Shown one piece after another: positions 1 through 9,441 of a stretch of 31,788 bases of DNA. Location: positions 1 through 31,788 of IMG/VR virus record IMGVR_UViG_3300032243_000533. The stretch is one strand, 5' to 3'. The stretch comes from a virus (taxonomy: Duplodnaviria; Caudoviricetes). The notes beneath the pieces were generated by a model that saw only the letters and a list, made by a program, of their open reading frames with translations, searched no databases and was not told where the DNA came from. The position numbers and the translations under genes are program-made. Within the stretch, counting starts at the first letter, position 1. The number at the start of each line of letters is the position of its first letter.

Positions 1-3000
1 ATTAGTTGTATCTGAACCAACTAACACAACTTTAATTGCAAAAGTTTTAAATGTGTTAAATGCAGTTGAACCAGAAGTGTAAGAGATTGTGTTATTTGCG
101 GCACCAGAAACTCCTGGTGCAAACGCCAATTCACGGAAGTCATTCTTACTTGTTGACACAAAGTTTGGATTACCAAGTTGTGCCATTAACTGATAGTTCT
201 TATCATCAAAAATACCACCGTCAGAAGCAGAAAGAATCTTATAGTAGACATAGATGCTTGAACCGGATGGTTTGTAACCAGTTAAGTAAACTCTCAAGTC
301 ACCGGAATCAAATCCATCTGCCAAAGTTACTTTTCTTGTTATGTATCTTACTGCACTATTACCACCAGATTTCTTATCTTCACCATTGTAAGTAACAACA
401 GCAGTAGTGTTTCCACCAGCAACTGGAGGTGCATTGATTGTGATTGTTGGAGAAGTTGTGTAGCCAGAACCACCAACATCAACAATGATACTAGAAATAT
501 TTCCGGTTGTTACATTTGCAACAGCGTATGCGTTTGCACCAGAACCACCTCCACCGGAGATAGTCACGGCAGTATTGCCGGTGTAACCAGAACCTATTGT
601 AGTGATTGCAAAGTTTGAATTTAATAATGGTAAATTGTTAATATAGTTATCAACAAAAATAACACCAAATCTAGTGATATCTAATGTTGGTGAGATATCA
701 GGATTTGTTGTTGACATTGTTGCTTTGAGAATGTAACTAGTATTACCGGTTGTTGGATTTAACACACGGCGGCCACTAGCATCATCCATTGTATAATCTT
801 CTCTTGCATTGATATCAATAAAACTGGTTAATCCACCAGTTGTTTTCTCTGATAAGAATGAATAAGTTAAGAAATTATTTGCAGTTGTAATTTCAGATGT
901 AATCGTGTGCATCAAATCATATACAAGATTTGAACTAGGTTTATCAATTAAGAACTGTGCAACCGCAGGTGATGTACTGAACACTTTTTGATATATTCTA
1001 AATGTCATATCAAGGTTTTGGTCAGCAGTCCAAGTAGAACCATTCTGTGATTGGAAGAATGAACCACCATATGGTTGTTCGGATATCTGTAGACCAGAAA
1101 CGATATCTAGTTTACCAATCTCGGCCGCATATGCCTCATAACCATTAGAGTTTGACAATAGAACAAATGAATGTTCACCAGGCAACATATAGATTGGTGT
1201 ATCAAATACAAAGTCTGTATATTTTGTTGAGTCATCCAAATCTGGCGCATCGGTCACATTTACTTTATCAGGTGTTAGTGTAACAGAACCATACGGGTAA
1301 ACAGTTGTTGAAGATGGATAACCATTAACAGTAGGTCTTAGTTGTAATGTAACTGGCGCAGAATCATGTTTCGTTTTAAAACAAACACGAATCTTTTCAA
1401 GGTAAATGCCTTGGCCGTGTTGTGCAGGTGCAATTAAGAATGTTTGTGCAAGTGGATCCCACCAACCGGCAACTGGAACATCTTGTGAACTTGTTGTTGT
1501 AGTAACTCTACTATCACTAACAGATGTTCTTTGAATTATAGGTGTAGTTGTTGAAACAATTGTGTTCTCTACAGTTTGTAATAAACCTTGTGCAAAGAAT
1601 GATGCATCACCATTTGTTGTAGATGAAGCAATATCACCAGCAGATGTGTTTATCAATCTGAATAGTTTTTCACCAACACGGAAAGTAGAAGTTGGAATAT
1701 TTAAGATACCAACAACATCTCCAGACCTTGTTGTTGTTAGTCTACCAATTGAGTAAACAGAAGTTGTGTCTGGAGTTGTAGTCCATGCAGAAGATACTGT
1801 TGCAACTCTTGTAGCGGCAACATATGAACTGATTGTTCTTTGTTGACCAGCACCAGTACCACTTACAATGGAAATGATATTACTGTTTGAAGTGTTTGCA
1901 TAGTAACCTTCATTTAATGCACCATTCGCATCGATTGACAATGTAACTGTCGATGAAGCGGCTGCATTTACTCTACCGGAATAATGTTCATAACCAGAAA
2001 TCTTTACAGAAGTTCCTGATGTTGAGCCAATTAAGTTTGCACTGGCAACATTGAAGGCACTAGATGGATTAATGTTAACAACAAATACAGCGTTGTTAGA
2101 TGTTTTTACAACAACAGCACTACCAATAGAAGCGGCTGTTCCATTATTGTAAACTGTAACTGTTTCTGTGTTTGCAGTCTTTGTATTATATCCTAATTTA
2201 TTTTTTTCTAAGATAAATTTATTTGCTCTGGCAACATATTTTTCTACAGTTGTGTTATCAAAGAATGGATATAAAACTGTGTCTGGTTTAAAATCTGTTG
2301 CGGTAAACAATACAGACTTTGCTCTCATGTAAGGAATTACAGACACATCAACAATACGGTCACCAATAGATTGAGTGATTGTTCCTGTTGTTGCTTGTGT
2401 TTTAACACCACTTCTTGTTTCGGCAGAAGTTGTAGTTGTTGTAATTCTAGCAAAGTTTTGTTGAGTTAATCTTCCGTCTGTTAAGTTTTGTCTTGTAGAA
2501 CTTGTTCCACTCCACAGAGTTTGCCAGTTGCCCCATTCGATTGCATATGGAGAAGCATTAACTGCACCTAAAACAAAGTCCCATGCATCTTTGTCGCCAT
2601 TTAAGTTGACAAGTACATCAGGTTTTCTTGTTGTGTCTACCCAAACATCAGATGCTGGATTCAAAGTTATTTTACCAAGATAGTTAACAACATTGAATGG
2701 ATTAATGTTGATTGCTTTTGATGCCAAATCTTGTGTTACAAATACTGCGTTTGCAGCTGCAACAGTAACGAATGGTCCTGTCTGTAAGTAACCAGAAGAG
2801 TTTGAAGAATCAAATGTCAACATTCTTGATGAGATGTTGAACGATGGTCTTAATTCTTGATTTGTTGGGTCAATAGATGCCAAATATTCTGTCGAAGTAA
2901 CATCAGCAACAGAATGGCCTTTAAAAGCATCAACAATAATACCATTCTTAAATCTTGGTAAGTTTGTGCTATCAAGAATAGTTAAGTCTTGTTTGTTTAC

Positions 3001-5928
3001 AGCATCTTGTTCAAGTAATGACAATGATGTGTAATATTCTAAGTTTTCAATTCTTTTTTCAATACCACCAATGTCTCGCATAGTATAACGGCGATTGTTG
3101 ATGTACTGTACTGAAATGTCGCCAGTATTTGCAACATATGGTGGTTCAGTCAAAATATAAAGATTCATTGCATCGTCTTTATCTTTTGGTTGAATTGGTG
3201 TCAATGAAGGCGAACCTTTAAGAACTTCAAATGTTCTGTTTTTGTTCAATACAACTTTATCAACTCTTGGTAAATAGTAAGAGAAGTCAAGTGTAATATC
3301 ATCACCGTTAGCAGGAATCTTAGGACCAGTTGTTGTAATATCAACATCAAATGTTGTCGTTACAGTTGTTCCGTCAAGTGCATTTGTTCCATTTTTTCTA
3401 ACTGGTCTGTAATCTAAAGAATCTCTTAGTTTGTATTCTTTGCCAGATGTTGGTGAAGTGTATGTTGGTATAGTACCATAAGTTGGATAAGAATCAACCG
3501 AGAACAGGCCAGCACCAGAAGATGAGTATCTGTTGTATCTTACAACTAATGGTCCAACTGGTGCAGGATATCCTGGTTTCAGTTTAATTGATGCATGGTC
3601 ATAGAATGAATCTCTTTGACCATTGTCTAACACATATCTTGAGGTAACATCTGTGTAACCAGTGTTAGCAATAGTTGGTGAAGTTGCCGTATTAGCATAA
3701 TCGTACACAGAAACTAATTCAATAACATCAGAAACATACAATGATTGTGCTAAGTCTGGAGTCTTAATAACATTGTTTGCTTGAATTGTTGTTTGACTTG
3801 CAGATGAATTTGCAAATACAATCACACCACTAGTGTTGATTGTTTCACCACCAGTGTTTTGAACGGCAGCGGCTGCAGGAACCAATGTTTTTGATTTTGC
3901 TGGGCTACCAGATGCTAATGAGTAATCAATAGTCGCCACAATGTTGGCAGTCATATTGTTAGCATTTTCAATTGTTAATTTTTTACTTGTTGTATTAACA
4001 GTTGTAATCTTATCAGCAGGAACAGTTGAGCCTACTGCATATGGCGAAGTGCCTGCAGCGGTAACAACAACTTGATATTTTTCTGCCTTCAATGAAGTAG
4101 AAGAAGCACTACCAAGATTTGCACCAGATTCAACAGTTAGTGCTGGAGATTCTGAGCTAACAAATGTTTGACCTTCATACAATCTCTTATATGAGTATGA
4201 AAAATCACCAATTGTACCTTGAGTAATGTATTGTTGACCCAAATTAAAAATTGGAGGTTCAAATGATGCATCAGTTAAGTATGCATCTTGATATGTTGAT
4301 GTTAATGCTTTTGAACGACTATCAATATCAGCAGAGTTAACTCTTGTTGTTGAAGAGAATGTTGCAACAGATTCAACATCATTAAATTCAAAATCAATTG
4401 CCCAAGTAGATGCACTAGTTGGTGTTGTAATAAAGTTTGAAGATAATGTTAATAGCTGTGTGGATGCATTAAATGAACTGATATATTTTGCAGTTTCACC
4501 TGTGCCTGGACCAGCAGTAATTCTTATTTTGGCACCTTTGTAAGCGTCTGTTACAGAAGAGAAAATTTGACCTGCGGTAGTATTACCAATTGTAACATTA
4601 CCAGAATTTGCTGACTTTACTGTTCCAGTCAACGAACCAATTCTTACATCAAATAAGAATGTTTTATAAGAATAAGTTGCTGAGTTGGATGTGTTTGATG
4701 CAGAATCATATGAAACTGATTTAACTCTTGCAGTACCAATCTTAGTGTTAGTGATTGATGCTGTTGATGTTAAATTAATAGATGCATTTGAAACGCAATG
4801 CAAATCTACTGTTGCGAGATTATTGATTGGCCAAGTGCCATAGTGACCAGTAGTGTATATGAAATTACCATAATCAGCAGTTAATTGCTTATTGTTTATT
4901 GATTCTGTATTTCTTGGTTTCTCAACTGTAATAATAGATGGAGAAATTGTTTCGTATTCATAACCAAAAACATATGCTTTGCCTGGAGACAAAATAATAT
5001 CCATGTTTGCAGAATTCGCAGAGTTAGTATCTAACGAAATCTTAAATGGTTTTGTTGTGTAGTTACCAGACTCATCATATGTTCGTCTAGCAAGCGTATC
5101 TTCTAATACAGAATAAATTGGGAATGTTGATTTTCTTGTTAAATAACCATTTTCAACTCTGGACAAATTAATAAACTGAACTGTATCAGTTGATTCTAAA
5201 CTTCTTGTTGCAAGATTTAAAACAATTTTATATCTGTCGGCACCAGGAGCTTGATAGTTAGATGCATCTTGTGCTGGATCTAATAATGAAGTGTCTGAAG
5301 TTGGAACAACAACTGATTCGGTGATTTCAAAACCAATTCTTGCATTTGCAGTTGTATTGCTATATTTTGAAGTTGCAATAGTCTGTGCATCATTCTTAAT
5401 GAACAAACCTTCGTAATAGAATACACCTTCAGTAACAGAAAATATTTGACCTGTGCCTACACCAGAAGAAGAGATGTTTGCGTAATACGGAGTTGTTTGA
5501 TTTGTTTTAACTGATTCGGAAGAAGTAAATGCATCACCATATAATTGTTTCACCATCAAGGTTGCTGGATCACCAGTGCCTTCATCAGCTGGGTAAACTT
5601 TAATTACTTCTGCTCTTTTTGATTCGTCTACTGAAAGAATTGTTTGGCCAATAAAAGTATTGGCAGTAATGTTTGTGCCTGAGTAAGCGGCATCTAATTT
5701 TATGTAAGTACAATCTTGTAAGAATGTTTGTCCACCAGTAACTACAGAACCATTTTGAAATACATGGTTACCAAATCTTTCGACTTGTTTTTGTAAAATA
5801 GTTTGAAGTTGAGTTAGTTCTCTAGCCTGAACAGCATAACCTGGCTTAAACAACATTCTGAGGAATTTCTTATCCTCATCGAAATCATCATAATATGGAT
5901 TTACATTAAAATTTGTATTCAGAGACAT
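1..5928 (-). CDS. Very large virion/baseplate-associated protein, VrlC/DUF4815-like (>=1976 aa; 3' end outside the window)
   Basis: Not in the ORF track, presumably because its stop lies beyond the left edge. ATG at 5928 reads MSLNTNFNVNPYYDDFDEDKKFLRMLFKPGYAVQARELTQLQTILQKQVERFGNHVFQNGS. Internal motifs APGADRY, NNRRYTMRDIGGIEKRIENLEYYTSLSLLEQ, RFKNGIIVDAF, INPFNV and DPLAQTF are typical of this T4-like family. Both ends are in the same frame (...FKTFAIKVVLVGSDTTN at base 1); not every internal codon was checked. Confidence 0.85.
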   Translation of the reverse strand, partial: MSLNTNFNVNPYYDDFDEDKKFLRMLFKPGYAVQARELTQLQTILQKQVERFGNHVFQNGSVVTGGQTFLQDCTYIKLDAAYSGTNITANTFIGQTILSVDESKRAEVIKVYPADEGTGDPATLMVKQLYGDAFTSSESVKTNQTTPYYANISSSGVGTGQIFSVTEGVFYYEGLFIKNDAQTIATSKYSNTTANARIGFEITESVVVPTSDTSLLDPAQDASNYQAPGADRYKIVLNLATRSLESTDTVQFINLSRVENGYLTRKSTFPIYSVLEDTLARRTYDESGNYTTKPFKISLDTNSANSANMDIILSPGKAYVFGYEYETISPSIITVEKPRNTESINNKQLTADYGNFIYTTGHYGTWPINNLATVDLHCVSNASINLTSTASITNTKIGTARVKSVSYDSASNTSNSATYSYKTFLFDVRIGSLTGTVKSANSGNVTIGNTTAGQIFSSVTDAYKGAKIRITAGPGTGETAKYISSFNASTQLLTLSSNFITTPTSASTWAIDFEFNDVESVATFSSTTRVNSADIDSRSKALTSTYQDAYLTDASFEPPIFNLGQQYITQGTIGDFSYSYKRLYEGQTFVSSESPALTVESGANLGSASSTSLKAEKYQVVVTAAGTSPYAVGSTVPADKITTVNTTSKKLTIENANNMTANIVATIDYSLASGSPAKSKTLVPAAAAVQNTGGETINTSGVIVFANSSASQTTIQANNVIKTPDLAQSLYVSDVIELVSVYDYANTATSPTIANTGYTDVTSRYVLDNGQRDSFYDHASIKLKPGYPAPVGPLVVRYNRYSSSGAGLFSVDSYPTYGTIPTYTSPTSGKEYKLRDSLDYRPVRKNGTNALDGTTVTTTFDVDITTTGPKIPANGDDITLDFSYYLPRVDKVVLNKNRTFEVLKGSPSLTPIQPKDKDDAMNLYILTEPPYVANTGDISVQYINNRRYTMRDIGGIEKRIENLEYYTSLSLLEQDAVNKQDLTILDSTNLPRFKNGIIVDAFKGHSVADVTSTEYLASIDPTNQELRPSFNISSRMLTFDSSNSSGYLQTGPFVTVAAANAVFVTQDLASKAININPFNVVNYLGKITLNPASDVWVDTTRKPDVLVNLNGDKDAWDFVLGAVNASPYAIEWGNWQTLWSGTSSTRQNLTDGRLTQQNFARITTTTTSAETRSGVKTQATTGTITQSIGDRIVDVSVIPYMRAKSVLFTATDFKPDTVLYPFFDNTTVEKYVARANKFILEKNKLGYNTKTANTETVTVYNNGTAASIGSAVVVKTSNNAVFVVNINPSSAFNVASANLIGSTSGTSVKISGYEHYSGRVNAAASSTVTLSIDANGALNEGYYANTSNSNIISIVSGTGAGQQRTISSYVAATRVATVSSAWTTTPDTTSVYSIGRLTTTRSGDVVGILNIPTSTFRVGEKLFRLINTSAGDIASSTTNGDASFFAQGLLQTVENTIVSTTTPIIQRTSVSDSRVTTTTSSQDVPVAGWWDPLAQTFLIAPAQHGQGIYLEKIRVCFKTKHDSAPVTLQLRPTVNGYPSSTTVYPYGSVTLTPDKVNVTDAPDLDDSTKYTDFVFDTPIYMLPGEHSFVLLSNSNGYEAYAAEIGKLDIVSGLQISEQPYGGSFFQSQNGSTWTADQNLDMTFRIYQKVFSTSPAVAQFLIDKPSSNLVYDLMHTITSEITTANNFLTYSFLSEKTTGGLTSFIDINAREDYTMDDASGRRVLNPTTGNTSYILKATMSTTNPDISPTLDITRFGVIFVDNYINNLPLLNSNFAITTIGSGYTGNTAVTISGGGGSGANAYAVANVTTGNISSIIVDVGGSGYTTSPTITINAPPVAGGNTTAVVTYNGEDKKSGGNSAVRYITRKVTLADGFDSGDLRVYLTGYKPSGSSIYVYYKILSASDGGIFDDKNYQLMAQLGNPNFVSTSKNDFRELAFAPGVSGAANNTISYTSGSTAFNTFKTFAIKVVLVGSDTTN

Positions 5929-5943
5929 GAACTATTTTTTCCT

Positions 5944-7494
5944 CTAAAATCTAATGACAAACTTGAGACTCTCAGCTTGTCCGTCAGTTCTTTGTGTTTT
6001 TGTAATATTTTCAACATATAAAACATCGCCTGTAAATGGTTCAAATTCTGGTGAAGTAGCAGTAACAACAGTTCTTCCTGTTGGATTAGTTGCAATACCT
6101 TTTAACGGTGAACCAATAGCAATAGTTCCTTTTACTTTTATTAATCTAACTTCATTTGAAGTTTCTGCATGAACATAACCACTAAATGTGGGAGATGTTG
6201 ATGTACCCTGATATACAAACTCATCTAGGTTATATAGACTGCCAGCAATGAGTGATACATTAGTTGTTTGTGAAATTACAGTATTAGAAGTTGCGTTATT
6301 TGCTTGTAATGTTTCACCATATTTATACGGGTCTCTAAGTAATCCGTACTGTCTGAATGAAGTATCTGTGGAAATAACTCCACCCTCAGTCGCATCAACT
6401 TCACCAATTTTCATAGAAATCATCACATTAGTTGCATCTAATTCTTTTGCAGAATTGTAACCATGACCAAATTTAGGAGGAAGAACTGCTCTTGCAGCTG
6501 CGCCAGTTCCTGTACCATAAAATGATATATTTGCCCTATTGTATCCTTTACCATAGGTTGTCAACACAATTTCTGAAATTTGATTACCTGTTAATACTGG
6601 AGATGCAATAGCAGAAGTACCATCACCTTCAATGTAAATTCTTGTAGAGATTGCCAGCAAGTTGTTTGCGCCACCACCTGTAGTTGTTGTTGGTGTCGAT
6701 AGTGTGATTAAAGAATTTATATTATCAACTGTTGTGATATATGCGCCACCACCAATGCCTGTTCCGGAAACAGACATATTTGCTGCTAAATTCGTTGTAT
6801 TTGCTACAGTAAGAATTGTACAACCAGTAGTGAATGGTATAACAAAAATGTTACTGTGAACATAACCATTACCACCAGATGTTAAAATCAAATGATTCAA
6901 TTCACCATCAACAGCAATAATAGGAGTTGTATCATAATCTAGTTTTGCAGTAGATGTTGGAACTGGAATCCAATTGTTTGATAAAAACTTGTTTGTTGGT
7001 TTAATGTTATACAAATATTTCCACAGGTAACCATCAGCAGTTTGAATATTACCATTTGCACTTAAATTTTTACCACTTGGTTCAACCGTAGAGTTTGCAG
7101 AAGAGTTGTTAGACAAACATATGTAAACATTTCTATTTGTTGTTATCACATACATTGGTTTTAAATTTTGTGTAGTATTAGATGATATCAAATTTGACAA
7201 TTGAATAGTATCATCAAATTCTCTATACTTTGTATTACCTGTCCATTCAACTTTTGGTAAAACTAACTCAACATCATTACCAGTAACTTTTTTGGCTGCA
7301 AACATATTTTGCCAAATATCTTTTTCGTTATATACAGTATCGGTAATTACATCCGGTGTATCTTCATTTGTGTATCCAATACTGTTACCCAAGAACACAT
7401 AACCAATCGTTGTTGGTTCTGGTTCATAGAAAGACTCTTTGAACTGTTCTGCGTTATTGAACGCTAACTTCTTTGAAGTATAATTATTTGACAT
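5944..7494 (-). CDS. gp8: Baseplate wedge subunit gp8-like (516 aa)
   Basis: IWQNMFAAKKV, W..NTKYREFDD, VYICLSNN, TADGYLWKYLY, KFLSNNWIPVP, PKFGHG, FRQYGLLRDP and C-terminal GDVLYVEN...R...Q.E.LKFVIRF; position in the wedge operon. Confidence 0.9.
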   Translation of the reverse strand: MSNNYTSKKLAFNNAEQFKESFYEPEPTTIGYVFLGNSIGYTNEDTPDVITDTVYNEKDIWQNMFAAKKVTGNDVELVLPKVEWTGNTKYREFDDTIQLSNLISSNTTQNLKPMYVITTNRNVYICLSNNSSANSTVEPSGKNLSANGNIQTADGYLWKYLYNIKPTNKFLSNNWIPVPTSTAKLDYDTTPIIAVDGELNHLILTSGGNGYVHSNIFVIPFTTGCTILTVANTTNLAANMSVSGTGIGGGAYITTVDNINSLITLSTPTTTTGGGANNLLAISTRIYIEGDGTSAIASPVLTGNQISEIVLTTYGKGYNRANISFYGTGTGAAARAVLPPKFGHGYNSAKELDATNVMISMKIGEVDATEGGVISTDTSFRQYGLLRDPYKYGETLQANNATSNTVISQTTNVSLIAGSLYNLDEFVYQGTSTSPTFSGYVHAETSNEVRLIKVKGTIAIGSPLKGIATNPTGRTVVTATSPEFEPFTGDVLYVENITKTQRTDGQAESLKFVIRF

Positions 7495-7501
7495 AGTGTT
7501 T

Positions 7502-7509
7502 TATTTATC
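7502..7509 (-). promoter_or_regulatory. Putative T4-type late promoter (GATAAATA) for gp8
   Basis: Matches the NATAAATA core of the T4 late promoter TATAAATA; lies in the short intergenic gap 7 nt before the ATG. Confidence 0.6.
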
Positions 7510-7514
7510 TGTCA

Positions 7515-9425
7515 TTACCAAGCGTCAGACGAAGCAATTCTACTCCAAATATTGGCAGAACCTGTAGTATAGGTTGAAGTGCAATAATAGAAATAATTAT
7601 TGGCAAGATATATCATACCTTTTGTATCACCTGATGCACCTTTATTTGTGGAAGGTGCAGTACCAACATAAACTAGAGTATTTGCAGTAAATGATATTGC
7701 AGTATTAGAAATTGAACTGATACGACCATTAGCTGCAACAGTAACTACTGGAACTATCGTTGCGTTACCATAAGTTCCTGCGGCAATAGAAATGAATGTA
7801 TTATCTGTATTTGCCTTATCAAACGCAGCTTGTGCAGTTGTTGTCGCTGTATTTGCTTGGTCAAAAGCGGCATTTGCTTTCGTGAAAGCACCATCTGCTT
7901 GATTATCATAACTAACTGCTTGTCCAGCTAATACAAGTGCAGTATTCGCAGTATCAAATGCAGAATTTGTTTTTGTGAATATTGAAGTTGTTATATTTGC
8001 AGTTGCATATGCAGAGTAGGCATAAGTGTTTACTGTGTTTGCAAAATCGTATGAAGATTGTGCAAGTGTAGTCGCAGTATTTGCCTGATTATAACCAGAC
8101 ACAGCAGTATTCGCTTGGTCAAATGCTTGTTGTGCTAATACATTCGCAGAATTTGCCTTAGAGAAAGCTGCATTGGCATAAGTGCCAGCATTAATTGCAT
8201 TTGTGTTTGCTGTATTTGCTTGTGTGAACGCAGGTGTCGCAATGTTTGCTTGTGTAAATGCGGCTTGTGCGACAGTATTAGCTGCATTAGCAGTTACTTG
8301 TGAGTTGTTTGCAGTTAACCAAGAAAGTGATGCAGTTGATACGGCAGTATTGGCGGAATTGTACGCACCATTTGCTTGTACAAAAGCTGCATTGGCAGTA
8401 TTTCTGGATGCAGTAATAAATGCATTGTTTAAAGAAATAGAAATTGTATTTGCGTAATCATATGCGTTTTGTGCAAGTACATTGGCACTATTTGCTTTAT
8501 TGAAAGCGGCTAACGCAGAAACATTGGCACTATTGGCAGTTGTGTTTGCAGTATTCGCTTGATTGTATGCAGACTGTGCCAAAACATTTGCAGAGTTTGC
8601 TTTATCAAAAGATGCATTGCCATATGCTTCATTAGCAAAACCAGTGATTATAGTATTACTAATTGAACTGATACGACCATTGGCCGCAACAGTAATAACA
8701 GGCACATAAGTTGTATTACCATGCGAACCTGATGTTATTGTGATAAAAGTGTTATCAGTATTTGCTTTGTCAAAAGCGGCTTGTGCTAAAACATTTGCAC
8801 TATTTGCTTTGTCGTAAGCAGCATTTGATTGTGCATATGCGGTACTTACAATGCCTGAGTTTGCAATGTTTGCAGCATTATATGCTTGTTGAGCAAGTAC
8901 ATTTGCAGAATTTGCTTTATCAAAAGCAGCATTTGCTTGAGTGTATGATGCTGATGCAAAAGTTGAATTGGCAAAGCCTGTGATTGCAGTATTAGAGATT
9001 GCACTAATTCTACCATTAGCTGCAACAGTAATTGACGGCACATAAGTTGCATTACCATGTGTACCAGTTGTGATTGTAATAAAAGTATTATCGGTATTTG
9101 CTTTATCAAAAGCTGCTTGTGCAATAACATTTGCAGAGTTGGCTTTGTCATATCCACCTTGAGCAATTACATTTGCAGAATTTGCCTTGTCGTATGCGCC
9201 TTGGGCAATAACATTGGCAGAGTTGGCTTTATTGAAAGCGCTATTCGCTTGGACAAAAGCAACGGGACCAATGTTATCTACAAACAAATCAAGATTCTGT
9301 AAACTCAACTGTTTTGTTGTATATGTTCCGCTACTCTTATCAACAACAACAAACGCAGTATTAGATGCGTTTGCAGTAGGTGTTGTTAACTCTGGTAAGA
9401 GTGAAATCTTTGTTGTGGTTGTCAT
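7515..9425 (-). CDS. Ala/Asn-rich repetitive coiled-coil fibre-like virion protein (636 aa)
   Basis: N-terminal KISLLPEL motif typical of fibre attachment segments; many 7/14-aa repeats (AFDKANSANVLAQA); three GxxGNxTxVPxITVAANGRISxISN modules; C-terminal P..KG..GD.KG...YFYYC...IW.R...W domain. Confidence 0.7.
   Translation of the reverse strand: MTTTTKISLLPELTTPTANASNTAFVVVDKSSGTYTTKQLSLQNLDLFVDNIGPVAFVQANSAFNKANSANVIAQGAYDKANSANVIAQGGYDKANSANVIAQAAFDKANTDNTFITITTGTHGNATYVPSITVAANGRISAISNTAITGFANSTFASASYTQANAAFDKANSANVLAQQAYNAANIANSGIVSTAYAQSNAAYDKANSANVLAQAAFDKANTDNTFITITSGSHGNTTYVPVITVAANGRISSISNTIITGFANEAYGNASFDKANSANVLAQSAYNQANTANTTANSANVSALAAFNKANSANVLAQNAYDYANTISISLNNAFITASRNTANAAFVQANGAYNSANTAVSTASLSWLTANNSQVTANAANTVAQAAFTQANIATPAFTQANTANTNAINAGTYANAAFSKANSANVLAQQAFDQANTAVSGYNQANTATTLAQSSYDFANTVNTYAYSAYATANITTSIFTKTNSAFDTANTALVLAGQAVSYDNQADGAFTKANAAFDQANTATTTAQAAFDKANTDNTFISIAAGTYGNATIVPVVTVAANGRISSISNTAISFTANTLVYVGTAPSTNKGASGDTKGMIYLANNYFYYCTSTYTTGSANIWSRIASSDAW
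7700..9250 (-). repeat. Coding tandem repeats within the fibre gene (42-bp units plus three larger modules)
   Basis: Near-tandem 42-bp units at about 9100-9240 (gcaataacatttgcagagttggctttgtc...); repeated accattagctgcaacagtaa-type blocks near 7725, 8675 and 9012. Confidence 0.75.
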
Positions 9426-9441
9426 TTTTTTATTCTTATCC

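Noticed and set aside
7515-9100. Repeated modules as a DGR template/variable repeat pair
   Set aside because: Differences are not adenine-specific, all copies are coding, and there is no reverse transcriptase in the window.
7800-9250. Regularly spaced repeats as a possible CRISPR array
   Set aside because: The repeats are degenerate at third codon positions, lie in frame within a CDS and have no unique spacers.
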